A DNA stretch of 64,000 nt, taken from NCBI GenBank assembly GCA_001872625.1, contig MNXP01000029.1, positions 19,109-83,108 on the forward strand. Reading direction: 5' to 3'. The first letter of the stretch is position 1. Every line of letters begins with the position of its first letter. Positions 40,501-50,403 of this stretch are shown here, one piece after another. This stretch comes from Bacteroidetes bacterium CG2_30_33_31. Lineage in GTDB: Bacteria > Bacteroidota > Bacteroidia > Bacteroidales > UBA1556. Position numbers and translations under genes: made by a program. The notes under the pieces are model-generated. The model was not told where the DNA came from and did not search any database. It saw only the letters and a list, made by a program, of their open reading frames with translations.

Positions 40501-40930
40501 AATAATTACTTTTGGAATAGATGATATTTTCCACCATGCTAAAGCCTTGGAAATCAGGAAAAAAGTATTTGTTGAAGAGCAAAATGTGAATTTAGAACTT
40601 GAAATTGAAAATGAAGATGAATCCAAGCATTTTTTACTTTTTTATAATGAAAACGCCGTAGCAACAGCACGTTACAGAATTACTGAAAAAGGAGTTAAGC
40701 TGGAAAGATTTGCTATGCTCAAAGAATTTAGAGGTTTAGGCCTTGGCAACGATTTATTAGAATTTGTGATAAAAGATGCAAAAAAATTGAACAAGCATAT
40801 TTATTTAAATGCTCAAATTCAAGTAGTTGGTTATTACAAAAAATTTGGCTTTGTTGCTGTTGGAGAGAGCTTTTTTGAAGCTAATATCGAACATTATCTT
40901 ATGGAATATCAAGAAATCATACAAGAATAA
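40493..40930 (+). CDS. GNAT family N-acetyltransferase
   Basis: 145 aa. Acetyl-CoA motif A (FRGLGLGNDLLEFVI). Its start overlaps the kinase stop by 8 nt (ATGAGTAA). Confidence 0.8.
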   Translation: MSKIITFGIDDIFHHAKALEIRKKVFVEEQNVNLELEIENEDESKHFLLFYNENAVATARYRITEKGVKLERFAMLKEFRGLGLGNDLLEFVIKDAKKLNKHIYLNAQIQVVGYYKKFGFVAVGESFFEANIEHYLMEYQEIIQE

Positions 40931-41057
40931 TTAGAAAAATAAAACACTAAACTCTTTCCATAAACTGGAAAAAACAGAAATTGAACTTCTAATTCATCTC
41001 TGTATTAAAGTCTAAACATCACTTAAACTGCTATTTATATAATTTAATGGATTTTTT

Positions 41058-41089
41058 TTTGACATCCATTCGAGCATGCTATACTTTAG
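41058..41089 (+). promoter_or_regulatory. Candidate Bacteroidota promoter TTTG-N20-TACTTTAG with no ORF behind it
   Basis: A -33-like TTTG (41058-61) and a -7-like TACTTTAG (41082-89, one mismatch to TAnnTTTG) at consensus-like spacing. It also reads as TTGACA...TATACT. Confidence 0.35.
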
Positions 41090-41094
41090 CGTCA

Positions 41095-41251
41095 ATATTA
41101 ATTGAATTCGCTGGGAAAACACCCAACATATTTTAAAACGATCTTATCAAATTGTGTAATAGTTTCCCAAATCCCGCCAAAAATTTATAGGTTAATTTGT
41201 TTGTCATTTGCTTGAAAAGACCCCTGAAGCCCTTCAGGGGTCTCTTTATTT
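41095..41251 (+). ncRNA. Candidate ~155-nt small RNA, or the long 3' UTR end of the kinase/GNAT operon
   Basis: Bounded by the promoter-like element above and the strongest hairpin terminator in the window. It has no ATG-initiated ORF, and no known RNA family is recognised. Confidence 0.25.
41218..41251 (+). terminator. Strong Rho-independent terminator, orphan (about 290 nt from the nearest upstream stop)
   Basis: AGACCCCTGAAG-cc-CTTCAGGGGTCT forms an 11-12 bp GC-rich stem, followed by CTTTATTTA. Confidence 0.75.
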
Positions 41252-41297
41252 ATAGCTATTTTAATAATGATTTATCTATTTGTTAGATTTTTTTTAA

Positions 41298-41305
41298 TAA
41301 TTTTG
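41298..41305 (+). promoter_or_regulatory. -7 box TAATTTTG upstream of the small lipoprotein / SprT-like pair
   Basis: Exact match 25 nt before the ATG at 41331. Confidence 0.45.
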
Positions 41306-41330
41306 CCAGCTATCAAGACTAATATATATA

Positions 41331-41495
41331 ATGAGAAAAATATTGTTTTATGTTTTTATATCGGTGATATTCACATCATTATTGGAATCTTCATGTTCCA
41401 AAAAAGGATATTTACCTCATAAAAAGCGTCCAAAAAAAGATTGTGGGTGTGGGTCTTTTGGTTTACAACAGCAAAAGACAGTTTCCTATGAATGA
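41331..41495 (+). CDS. 54-aa putative lipoprotein, missing from the ORF track
   Basis: MRKILFYVFISVIFTSLLESSCSKK is a signal peptide plus Cys lipobox, followed by a basic tail with a CGCG motif. An exact TAATTTTG box lies 25 nt upstream. Its stop overlaps the next ATG by 8 nt (ATGAATGA). Confidence 0.45.
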   Translation: MRKILFYVFISVIFTSLLESSCSKKGYLPHKKRPKKDCGCGSFGLQQQKTVSYE

Positions 41496-42111
41496 AAAAG
41501 ATTATAGCGAAAACCTAAAAATATATTTGCCCCCACAAACTGCCGATATTATTGCAAAATGGATGGTTAATCTGGCGTTAAGAATCACACTTTGGAAAAA
41601 TCGCAAAACCAAACTTGGCGACTTTAGATCTCCAAGAAAACCAGGTGAAAAAGCTGCTATTTCTGTCAATGTTAGCCTTAACCCTTATGCTTTTCTTATA
41701 ACCATTGTTCATGAAATTGCACATGCTCATATTTATAAAATTTATGGTCGAAAAGTAAAACCTCATGGTATAGAATGGAAAGATGAGTACCGAAAAAGAA
41801 TGTTGGTTTTTCTAAACAATAGAATCTTTCCCGATGATTTAGAAAGGGAAATAGCTCATCATCTAAAGAATCCCAAAGCCTCCGCTTCCGCAGATTTGAA
41901 TTTGGAAAAACTGCTTAGAAATTATAATGTAAGCAAAATTAAACCAACGTTTATCGATGATTTAAAGGTGGGAGATGTCTTTATTGTACAAGGCGGACGC
42001 CAGTTTATTAAAGGCGAAAAAATTAGAACAAGACATAAATGTGTGGAGAGGGGAACTAATAGAGTTTATCTGATTTCTGGGCTTATGGAATGCGTTAATT
42101 TATTGGCATAA
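41488..42111 (+). CDS. SprT-like zinc metallopeptidase domain protein
   Basis: HEIAHAH (HExxH) in an SprT-like context (FLITIVHEIAHAHIYKIYG...HG.EW). The ATG at 41488 (MNEKDY) is preferred over the track's GTG at 41443, which lies inside the small lipoprotein ORF. Confidence 0.6.
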   Translation: MNEKDYSENLKIYLPPQTADIIAKWMVNLALRITLWKNRKTKLGDFRSPRKPGEKAAISVNVSLNPYAFLITIVHEIAHAHIYKIYGRKVKPHGIEWKDEYRKRMLVFLNNRIFPDDLEREIAHHLKNPKASASADLNLEKLLRNYNVSKIKPTFIDDLKVGDVFIVQGGRQFIKGEKIRTRHKCVERGTNRVYLISGLMECVNLLA

Positions 42112-42120
42112 ATTGTAATA

Positions 42121-43494
42121 TTATTCCAAAATCCACGAAAGAAGCTTTTTCTTAAAATCAGAATAAGGTGGATATTTGACAAAAGGGTCAAACCATCTGC
42201 CCTTTTTTAAAATACTTTTTTTATGACTAAAAGTTTTAAATCCATCAACTCCATGATAGGAGCCAATACCGCTATTTCCAACACCGCCAAATGGTAGCAT
42301 GGGATTTGCAAAATGAACAACCGTGTCATTAATTACACCTCCTCCGAAGCTAAGCTCATCAATTATCTTTTGATATTTGGTTTTCAAATTTGTAAAAACA
42401 TAAAGAGCCAAAGGTTTTTCTCTGTCTTTTAATATTGGAATAAAGTCTTCCTCTGACTCAAATTCGATTATTGGCAGCAGCGGACCAAATATTTCTTGTT
42501 GCATAATTTCATCGTCGAAAGTTGTTGGACAAATAATTGTTGGCGCAATAAATGAGTCATCTTTATCAATATTTCCCCCATAAAATATATTTCCACTATT
42601 CAATAGAAGTCTCAATCTTTCAAAATTTTTATTATTGATGATTGAGGTGAAAGCATCACTTTTTGAGGGATTTTCACCATAATTATTTTTGATTTCTGAA
42701 ATTAATAATTCCAAAAAATTGTCTTTAATTTTTGTGCTAACAAGCAAATAATCAGGCGCTATACAAGTTTGGCCAGCATTAAGAAATTTGCCCCAGCATA
42801 TTCGTTTTGCCGCCATTTTCAAATTAGCATCTTCAAAAACTATAGCTGGGCTTTTCCCTCCCAATTCAAGAGTTACAGGAGTAATATTTTTAGCTGCCGC
42901 TTGATATACTATTTTCCCAACTTGTGGGCTTCCAGTAAAGAAAATATAATTCCATCTCTCGTCGAGCAAAGCCGTACTAATTTCCACACCGCCCTCAAAA
43001 ACATGAATATATTCTGCTGCAAAAGTTTCATTTAGTAAGTTTGCCATTACATGAGAAGAATTTATGGATATTTCGGAAGGTTTTAGAATAACCGTATTGC
43101 CAGCTGCAATTGCAGACACTAAGGGAGAGAGACTTAGCAAGAAGGGATAATTCCATGCACCAATAACAAGAGTGTTACCATAGGGTTCCAGAAATATATA
43201 ACTGCGCCCTGGAAAATTCGCCAAATTGGTTTTAACTTTCTTGGGCTTTGACCAAGTTTTGATTTTCTTAATAGCAGTATTTATTTCGCCATAAAGTACT
43301 GCTAATTCTGTTTCATAAGTTTCAAATTCTGACTTACGAAAATCCATAAAAATAGCCTTAAAAAGCGATTTTTCATTTGTTTTTAAAAGAGTTTTCAGTT
43401 TTTTTAGTTGGCTTATTCTGAAGTCTAAATTTTTTGATTTGTTGCTCTTAAAAAATTCGTCTTGAAGCTTTAGAATTTGATGTATTTCGTTCAT
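42121..43494 (-). CDS. NAD(P)-dependent aldehyde dehydrogenase (class-3-like)
   Basis: 457 aa. ELGGKSP with the catalytic Glu, GQTCIAPDY with the catalytic Cys, and FTGS. Confidence 0.85.
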   Translation of the reverse strand: MNEIHQILKLQDEFFKSNKSKNLDFRISQLKKLKTLLKTNEKSLFKAIFMDFRKSEFETYETELAVLYGEINTAIKKIKTWSKPKKVKTNLANFPGRSYIFLEPYGNTLVIGAWNYPFLLSLSPLVSAIAAGNTVILKPSEISINSSHVMANLLNETFAAEYIHVFEGGVEISTALLDERWNYIFFTGSPQVGKIVYQAAAKNITPVTLELGGKSPAIVFEDANLKMAAKRICWGKFLNAGQTCIAPDYLLVSTKIKDNFLELLISEIKNNYGENPSKSDAFTSIINNKNFERLRLLLNSGNIFYGGNIDKDDSFIAPTIICPTTFDDEIMQQEIFGPLLPIIEFESEEDFIPILKDREKPLALYVFTNLKTKYQKIIDELSFGGGVINDTVVHFANPMLPFGGVGNSGIGSYHGVDGFKTFSHKKSILKKGRWFDPFVKYPPYSDFKKKLLSWILE

Positions 43495-43574
43495 ACTATT
43501 TGATTTTTACACAGTAAAACATAAATATTTTTAGACCTGCTGTTACAAAAAACAATTAAGAATGAGGCAAATAA

Positions 43575-44810
43575 CTACTCAAATCTTAAGGATTCTATTG
43601 GGCTGAGTTTTGCCGCTTTAACCGCTGGGTATAAGCCGCTAATAAGCCCCACACTGAGGCTTACAAAGAGAGAGACTAAAATCCAAATCCAAGGAACAAC
43701 AAAACTACCTCCTGTAAAATGTGAAACAAGGTTACCAAGAGAAATTCCAAAAATAATTCCTAAAATTCCGCCAAGTTCTGTGATAACCACGGACTCTATA
43801 AGAAATTGATTTTTAATGGTTTTATTGTTTGCTCCAAGTGCTTTTCTAACGCCAATTTCTCTGGTTCGCTCACTCACCGAAACGAGCATAATATTCATCA
43901 GACCTACCGATGCGCCAAGCAAAGTAATTAAAGCAATAATTATTGCTGCCAATGTTACATATTTCAGATTTTCTATCAGAAGTTGGGCAATGCTATCGCT
44001 TTTGGTAATGGTAAAATTATCTTCTTCGCCGAGAGTAAGCCTACGAATAACCCTAAAAAGCCCCTGAGCTTCGTCCAAAGCTGGGCTCATAATATCCTGA
44101 TTGCTAACCATATAATTTATGGTAAAGTTCATTTGAGGTCTATAGTATTTTTGCCTAAGGTGGCTTAATGAAATAAAACAATTTCTGTCGCCACCAAAGC
44201 CCATAGAAGAGCCTTTAGCTTTTAAAACTCCGACGACTTTATATTTGGTTGCATTAAGTGTAATAATTTTTCCTACTGGATCGGTTTTCCCAAAAAGAGT
44301 AGTGGCAATTTCAGAACCTATGATAAGGGCGTTACTTCCAAAGGTCATTTCATGCGGAGTAAAATTTCTGCCCTTTTCAATTTCCATTCCCGAAGTACGC
44401 AAATAATTGTTGTCGATACCAAGCAGGCCAATATTTGGATTTGTCTTTTTTTCTCTATATTTTAACGTGGCAGCTCCTTTTGCCCAAGCATTTAGAGAGC
44501 AAATGCCAGGGAAAGAAAATCTTTTTTTGAATTCCAAAGCTTCATTGTAAGAAATAGACAAATAATTTTTTGAATTATGCCCGCCTTCTCCAAGAACTAT
44601 CATTTGTCTGTTAGTAATTGAAAAAGTGTTGGAGCCCATCATTTGAAAATTTTCATTTATTGAGCCTTTTATGCTGTCTATAGCGGTTAAAATTCCCACC
44701 AAAGCCATTATGCCAAAGGCAATAATCAGCATGGTGAGTATGGTTCTTAGCCGATGACTTTTTATGCTTTCGGTAGCAATTTTGACGTTTTCTAAAAGTA
44801 GAGAATTCAT
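43575..44810 (-). CDS. MacB/LolCE-like ABC transporter permease (FtsX family), with no adjacent ATPase
   Basis: The N terminus MNSLLLENVKIATESIKSHRLRTILTMLIIAFGI is typical of this family. It has a periplasmic domain and three C-terminal TMs with TREIGVRKALGA. The ATG at 44810 is preferred because a TATCTTTG box lies 5 nt upstream, suggesting a leaderless mRNA. Confidence 0.8.
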   Translation of the reverse strand: MNSLLLENVKIATESIKSHRLRTILTMLIIAFGIMALVGILTAIDSIKGSINENFQMMGSNTFSITNRQMIVLGEGGHNSKNYLSISYNEALEFKKRFSFPGICSLNAWAKGAATLKYREKKTNPNIGLLGIDNNYLRTSGMEIEKGRNFTPHEMTFGSNALIIGSEIATTLFGKTDPVGKIITLNATKYKVVGVLKAKGSSMGFGGDRNCFISLSHLRQKYYRPQMNFTINYMVSNQDIMSPALDEAQGLFRVIRRLTLGEEDNFTITKSDSIAQLLIENLKYVTLAAIIIALITLLGASVGLMNIMLVSVSERTREIGVRKALGANNKTIKNQFLIESVVITELGGILGIIFGISLGNLVSHFTGGSFVVPWIWILVSLFVSLSVGLISGLYPAVKAAKLSPIESLRFE

Positions 44811-44815
44811 ATTGG

Positions 44816-44823
44816 CAAAGATA
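44816..44823 (-). promoter_or_regulatory. -7 box TATCTTTG upstream of the MacB-like permease
   Basis: Exact match on the minus strand 5 nt before the ATG at 44810, suggesting leaderless initiation. Confidence 0.4.
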
Positions 44824-44905
44824 TAGAAAATGTTGTTTGACAAAAGAAAAACACCAATTCAAAAGCTTAATTATTATCTACGGTTTTTTATATAAATGGC
44901 GAAAC

Positions 44906-45472
44906 TCAGCCTATAATTTTTTTGATTTCAGCAAGCAAAAGATGATACCATGCAGATCCATATTTTCGTATAAGTGGTTCTTTCAGTGTTATATATAGCG
45001 GTTCACCTTTTTTGTGGCCTAAAATTAATGCAGCATCACAAACTGGCCATCGGTGATAATTTACAGCGTCGTAATCTTTATATTTGGTAATTCTTATAGG
45101 ATAAAGATGACATGATATTGGTTTACGGAAATCAATTTTACCCTGTAAAAATGCTTTTTCAATTGCGCAAAAACTTATTCCATTTTCAAAATATACAAAA
45201 GCACATTCTCTATCATTAACCAAAGGAGTTACGTATTCACCGTCCATTCCATAATCAAATGTTCCATTTTTCTCAACTATTTTTATGCCTTCCTCTACCA
45301 TAAATGGTTTAATATCATCGAGATAATCTTCAATAATTCCAATTTCATAATCTTCTAATGGAGCGCCTTCATCGCCTTCCACACAGCAATCGCCATGGCA
45401 AGATTTAAGGTCGCAATTGAACTCAACAAAAGCCACATCTTCCGACACAATAACATTTTCTACTACAATCAT
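44906..45472 (-). CDS. Cys-rich protein of unknown function (DUF3109-like)
   Basis: 188 aa with eight Cys, including [11 protein letters not shown]. Its start overlaps the tdk stop by 4 nt (ATGA). The family name is from memory. Confidence 0.45.
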   Translation of the reverse strand: MIVVENVIVSEDVAFVEFNCDLKSCHGDCCVEGDEGAPLEDYEIGIIEDYLDDIKPFMVEEGIKIVEKNGTFDYGMDGEYVTPLVNDRECAFVYFENGISFCAIEKAFLQGKIDFRKPISCHLYPIRITKYKDYDAVNYHRWPVCDAALILGHKKGEPLYITLKEPLIRKYGSAWYHLLLAEIKKIIG

Positions 45473-46086
45473 TTATGGGGGTTTTCTTGAATGTTTTTAT
45501 CTGGATTAACTTCCGATTTTGCAGCATTAAAACAATTGCGACACAAAGGCTCATAAGAATCTGTTTCTCCAAGCATTACCAGTTTTTCGTTAACTACAGT
45601 TCGATGTGAAACATGGGCTAAATCGCCACAGCGCATACAAATTGCGTGAACTTTAGTAACATATTCGGCTTGAGCCATCAAATTTGGCATGGGGCCAAAA
45701 GGATTGCCTTTGAAATCCATATCTAAACCAGCAATAATTACACGTATTCCACTGTCGGCAAGTTGTTTACAAACGGAGGGAAGTTCATCATCAAAAAATT
45801 GAGCCTCATCAATGCCAATGACATCAACATTATTTGCCATAAGCAAAATATTCGATGAGTTGGTTACAGGAGTAGAACGAATTTTATTGGCATCATGCGA
45901 CACTACATCTTGAACATCATAGCGAACATCAATGGCTGGTTTAAAAATTTCAACCCTTTGCTTTGCTATTTTTGCACGTTTCAATCGTCTGATAAGCTCT
46001 TCAGTTTTGCCAGAAAACATTGAACCACAGACTACTTCTATCCAACCTCGCTGTTGTTTATTATTTGTTGAATTTTCTAAAAACAT
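45469..46086 (-). CDS. tdk: Thymidine kinase
   Basis: P-loop [19 protein letters not shown], and zinc-ribbon Cys pairs (CMRCG...CRNC). Confidence 0.95.
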   Translation of the reverse strand: MFLENSTNNKQQRGWIEVVCGSMFSGKTEELIRRLKRAKIAKQRVEIFKPAIDVRYDVQDVVSHDANKIRSTPVTNSSNILLMANNVDVIGIDEAQFFDDELPSVCKQLADSGIRVIIAGLDMDFKGNPFGPMPNLMAQAEYVTKVHAICMRCGDLAHVSHRTVVNEKLVMLGETDSYEPLCRNCFNAAKSEVNPDKNIQENPHK

Positions 46087-46238
46087 TTGTAAAAATTGAA
46101 AAAATACTTTACTAATTTTACGCAGTGTAAGAAATTATAGAAAACAATAAATTCTCAAAAATCCGATTTGTAAAAATATAAAAACAAATTGATTTCAACA
46201 CTCGAATTATTAACCTTATAAAAATAATACGAAGCAAC

Positions 46239-46988
46239 ATGAAAAGAAGTAAAAATCAAACAGTTAGCTCGCTGCTCATAAGTATTAATGAACAGCTTGC
46301 CGAAGTATTATCATCTGACAAGGATATTTCTCAAATTGAAATTGATTTGATGAAAGATTATATTAGAAGACTTTATGATGAAGTTTGTACTTTGAAAAGA
46401 AACGATGATTTTGATGCTGAATCAGATGCTATTGCTGCAAACAGCGTTATAAATAGGAACTTGGATTTGGAAACAGAAGAACTTTTGAATGTTGCCAGCA
46501 ATCAATTTGAAGACAAAAAAGAGGTATTCAAAGAGATTTCAAACAGCGTTTTTGCTGAAAAAACAGTTGAGCATATTGTTGAATCTACTTCTGAAAATAT
46601 TGTAATTGATGGCAGAAAAGTTAAGTTAGTTGATGAAGCCCAATCTATTACTATCACTGAGGTATCGATGCCGAAAGTTGTCAAATCGGTAAATGATGTA
46701 GCTATGTTTGGAAAAGGCGAGAAAACTTTAGGCGATGAAATAAGAAAAAATCCGATAAGTAGCCTTAAGAATAATATTGGAATTAATGATAAATTTCAGT
46801 TTATCAATGATTTATTTAATGGAAAAATGAAAAATTACAATGAATCTATATTGATTTTTGATACACTTCAATCAAAAGATAAAGCAATAGAATATATGAT
46901 GAAATTAGCCGAAGAAAATAAATGGGATATGAAGTCCGATTCGGTTGCTCAATTCAACAACTATATTTCGAGACGTTTTAATTACTAA
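46239..46988 (+). CDS. Hypothetical cytoplasmic protein (249 aa)
   Basis: Long ATG ORF with an acidic central region and a structured-looking C-terminal part (FQFINDLFNGKMKNYNESI). No family recognised. Confidence 0.5.
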   Translation: MKRSKNQTVSSLLISINEQLAEVLSSDKDISQIEIDLMKDYIRRLYDEVCTLKRNDDFDAESDAIAANSVINRNLDLETEELLNVASNQFEDKKEVFKEISNSVFAEKTVEHIVESTSENIVIDGRKVKLVDEAQSITITEVSMPKVVKSVNDVAMFGKGEKTLGDEIRKNPISSLKNNIGINDKFQFINDLFNGKMKNYNESILIFDTLQSKDKAIEYMMKLAEENKWDMKSDSVAQFNNYISRRFNY

Positions 46989-47044
46989 TATTTTAGAAAA
47001 TTATCATATTTTTATTAAAGCATCACTTACATAAAACTCAATTA

Positions 47045-48334
47045 ATGAGCTCAATAAAGACCAAATCGACAATATTTATTATCTTTATAATTGTTGCTTG
47101 GGTAGGCATGAATACTAAATGGAGAGCTAATGCTTGGGAGCGAATTATTGCAGCTGATGGTCGGGGTTATTATAGCTATTTGCCTGCTATTTTTATTTAT
47201 CATGACCTGAATTTCAATTTTTTTAATAGTGTGGAATGCAAAGTTTTAAGTTATAAAGATCAGTATAATTATCTAACCTATAATTCAGGGGCAATAATTA
47301 ATAAATACTACTGCGGTGTAGCGGTTTTGGAATCTCCTTTTTTTCTGATGGGACATGCGGCGTCCTATTTATTTGATAAGCCAATGAACGGGTATTCAAA
47401 GCTTTATTTCAAATTTATTCATATTGGTGGTTGGATATATTTTGCTTTCGGTTTGTGGTTTCTTTCACAATTTTTAGCAAGTTATGGTTTTAAAGAAACT
47501 TTAATTTGCTTAGTGCTTTTAATTACTGTTTTTGGCACCAATCTTTTTTATTATTCAGTTCATGAGTCTGGGCTGTCGCATGTATTTTCCTTTTTCCTTT
47601 TTAGTGTTTTCATCTATTTTACAAGAATATTTTTCTCAAAAAAACCAAAATGGTTAGTAGTTTTTATTCCGGCTTTGCTAGGGTTAATAATTTTGGTAAG
47701 GCCAGCAAATGGACTTGTTCTACTTGCAATACCATTTATTGCTGGCTCTAAAAGCGTTTTTTTGAATGGATTTCGGTTTTTGCTTTCTAATTATAAACGT
47801 CTGATAGTAGGAATTTTAATTGCAGCTTTTATAGTTTCAATTCAATTAATAATGTATAAGATTGCCTCTGGTAAATTTTTTCTTTATTCCTACGGAAATG
47901 AGACTTTTGTATTTAGCAAATTTAACCTAATCAACTTTTTATTTTCCTATAAAAAAGGCTTGTTTTTATATACACCAGTTTATTTATTCATGCTTTTCGG
48001 ATTTATTTCATTGTGGAAGAAAAGTCGTTTTCAATTTTACACAGGATTATCATTTATTATTTTGGTTTTCTACGTGCTTTCTTCTTGGTGGAATTGGTGG
48101 TATGGTGGAAGTTTCTCATCGAGAGTGATGGTTGAATATCTTCCTTTTTTCGCCTTTTTATTGACATCGGCTTTGGCAAATATCAAACCCAAATCTATAA
48201 AAATAGCCTATATTTCAATCCTTATAATTTTTTCATATTTTTGTCAAATACAGACATATCAATACTATAAAGGCACTATTCATTGGGATAGTATGACGAA
48301 AGAAAAATATTGGGATGTATTTATGAAGACATAA
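47045..48334 (+). CDS. Polytopic membrane protein, possibly a GT-C-type glycosyltransferase
   Basis: 429 aa with ~11 hydrophobic helices. The first loop (AADGRGYYSYLP) resembles the Asp-containing loop of ArnT/PMT-like enzymes. The assignment is weak. Confidence 0.35.
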   Translation: MSSIKTKSTIFIIFIIVAWVGMNTKWRANAWERIIAADGRGYYSYLPAIFIYHDLNFNFFNSVECKVLSYKDQYNYLTYNSGAIINKYYCGVAVLESPFFLMGHAASYLFDKPMNGYSKLYFKFIHIGGWIYFAFGLWFLSQFLASYGFKETLICLVLLITVFGTNLFYYSVHESGLSHVFSFFLFSVFIYFTRIFFSKKPKWLVVFIPALLGLIILVRPANGLVLLAIPFIAGSKSVFLNGFRFLLSNYKRLIVGILIAAFIVSIQLIMYKIASGKFFLYSYGNETFVFSKFNLINFLFSYKKGLFLYTPVYLFMLFGFISLWKKSRFQFYTGLSFIILVFYVLSSWWNWWYGGSFSSRVMVEYLPFFAFLLTSALANIKPKSIKIAYISILIIFSYFCQIQTYQYYKGTIHWDSMTKEKYWDVFMKT

Positions 48335-48388
48335 TATCTAAAATAATTAAGCTAAATTTCCGAAAGCGATTAAAAAAAACTGACATCA

Positions 48389-50176
48389 TTAATCTAGTTT
48401 CAGAACAGCTAAAAAAGCCGATTGCGGCACTTGCACATTTCCAACTTGACGCATACGTTTTTTCCCTTTCTTTTGCTTTTCAAGAAGTTTACGCTTGCGA
48501 GTGATGTCTCCACCATAACATTTGGCAGTAACATCTTTTCTCACAGCTTTCACGGTTTCACGGGAAATTATTTTGGCGCCAATTGCAGCCTGAATTGCTA
48601 TATCAAATTGTTGGCGTGGTATTAATTCTTTGAGTTTTACACAAATACGTTTTCCAAAATCGTAAGCATTATCAACATGAATTAAAGCAGAAAGAGCATC
48701 AACTTGATCTCCATTTAGCAAAATTTCTAACCTAACCAATTTAGCTGGTCTGAATCCGTTTTGATGGTAATCGAATGAAGCATATCCTTTCGAAATGGAT
48801 TTTAATTTATCATAAAAATCGAAAACAATTTCTCCCAAAGGCATATCAAAAGAAAGCTCAACTCTATTACTGGTAAGATAAACCGTGTTTTTCAAAGAGC
48901 CTCTTTTATCGAGACAAAGTTTCATCACAGCACCCATAAAATCTACTTGCAAGATTATTTGGGCAACAATAAAAGGCTCGTCGATATAGTCGATTTGGCT
49001 AATATCTGGAAGCCCCGAAGGATTATAAACATCAATAATTTCACCTTTGCGCGTGTGAACTTTATAAGAAACGTTTGGTACCGTGGTAATTACGTTCATA
49101 TCGAATTCTCTTTCGAGTCTTTCTTGAATAATTTCCATGTGCAAAAGTCCAAGAAATCCACAACGAAAACCAAAGCCCAAAGCCACCGAAGATTCGGGTT
49201 GAAAGGTAAGTGAGGCATCATTAAGTTGCAATTTTTCAACTGCCGAGCGAAGGTCTTCATAATCTTCAGGATCAATTGGATAAACCCCAGCATAAACCAT
49301 TGGTTTTACATCTTCAAAACCGCCAATAGCTTTTAAGCAAGGATTTTCGGTATGAGTAATTGTGTCACCAACTTTGACCTCAGAGGAGGTTTTTATTCCC
49401 GATATAATGTATCCAACATCGCCAGAGTACATTACATTTTTCTCTTCTTGAGTAAGTCGCAAGACGCCAATTTCGTCAGCTTTATATTCTTTTTTTGTAT
49501 TGAAGAATTTTACATTATCGCCTTTTTTTAATGTACCATTAAAAATCCGAAAATATGCTACAATACCTCTAAAATTATTGAAAACCGAGTCGAAAATCAA
49601 AGCCTGAAGAGGAGCATTGATATCACCTTTTGGGGCAGGGATTTTTAGGATAATTTCTTCCAAAATTTTTTCCACCCCATAGCCAGTTTTGCCGCTGGCT
49701 TCAATAATATCTTCCTCTTTACAACCAATTAAATCAATAATTTGATCTTTTACTTCGTCGGGCATTGCATTGGGCAAATCCATTTTGTTAAGCACTGGAA
49801 TAATTTCTAAATCATGTTCAATAGCAAGATATAAATTAGAAATTGTTTGAGCTTGAATCCCTTGAGTAGCATCAACAATAAGCAAAGCTCCTTCGCAAGC
49901 AGCAATGGAACGAGAAACCTCATAAGAGAAATCGACATGGCCAGGAGTGTCTATCAGGTTTAATTTATATTTCACACCTTCTTTTGCATAATCCATCTGT
50001 ATAGCATGACTTTTTATGGTTATTCCGCGTTCACGTTCAATATCCATATCATCGAGAACCTGATTTTGTTGATCCCTTTCGCTTACAGTTCCTGTAACTT
50101 GTAAAAGGCGGTCGGCAATGGTACTTTTGCCATGATCTATATGTGCAATTATGCAAAAATTTCGAATATTCTCCAT
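48389..50176 (-). CDS. lepA: Elongation factor 4 (LepA)
   Basis: [26 protein letters not shown] and NKMD motifs, and the LepA-specific C-terminal domain ([21 protein letters not shown]). Confidence 0.97.
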   Translation of the reverse strand: MENIRNFCIIAHIDHGKSTIADRLLQVTGTVSERDQQNQVLDDMDIERERGITIKSHAIQMDYAKEGVKYKLNLIDTPGHVDFSYEVSRSIAACEGALLIVDATQGIQAQTISNLYLAIEHDLEIIPVLNKMDLPNAMPDEVKDQIIDLIGCKEEDIIEASGKTGYGVEKILEEIILKIPAPKGDINAPLQALIFDSVFNNFRGIVAYFRIFNGTLKKGDNVKFFNTKKEYKADEIGVLRLTQEEKNVMYSGDVGYIISGIKTSSEVKVGDTITHTENPCLKAIGGFEDVKPMVYAGVYPIDPEDYEDLRSAVEKLQLNDASLTFQPESSVALGFGFRCGFLGLLHMEIIQERLEREFDMNVITTVPNVSYKVHTRKGEIIDVYNPSGLPDISQIDYIDEPFIVAQIILQVDFMGAVMKLCLDKRGSLKNTVYLTSNRVELSFDMPLGEIVFDFYDKLKSISKGYASFDYHQNGFRPAKLVRLEILLNGDQVDALSALIHVDNAYDFGKRICVKLKELIPRQQFDIAIQAAIGAKIISRETVKAVRKDVTAKCYGGDITRKRKLLEKQKKGKKRMRQVGNVQVPQSAFLAVLKLD

Positions 50177-50213
50177 GAAAAATTTATTAGTCTTCTTAAT
50201 TTTAGAAGGATTG

Positions 50214-50221
50214 CAAAACTA
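50214..50221 (-). promoter_or_regulatory. -7 box TAGTTTTG upstream of lepA
   Basis: Exact match on the minus strand 37 nt before the ATG at 50176. Confidence 0.45.
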
Positions 50222-50343
50222 CAATTTTAAATCTACTCTTCAACAAACTTAATCAAGAGATTGATAGCTTTTTAATAAATAATTCTTGATTGTTTTCATA
50301 GAATTTTATCACAAAAAAACATAGCATTAAAGGGAAATGTTAT

Positions 50344-50379
50344 AAAAAAACCGCTATCAGAAATTATTTCCAATAGCGG
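50344..50379 (-). terminator. Terminator of the DUF2892-like gene
   Basis: CCGCTAT...ATAGCGG hairpin with an inner GAAA/TTTC extension. On the minus strand it is followed by a T7 run (the complement of the A-run at 50344-50350). Confidence 0.55.
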
Positions 50380-50403
50380 CATTTAGTTAAAGGGAAAGTA
50401 CAA

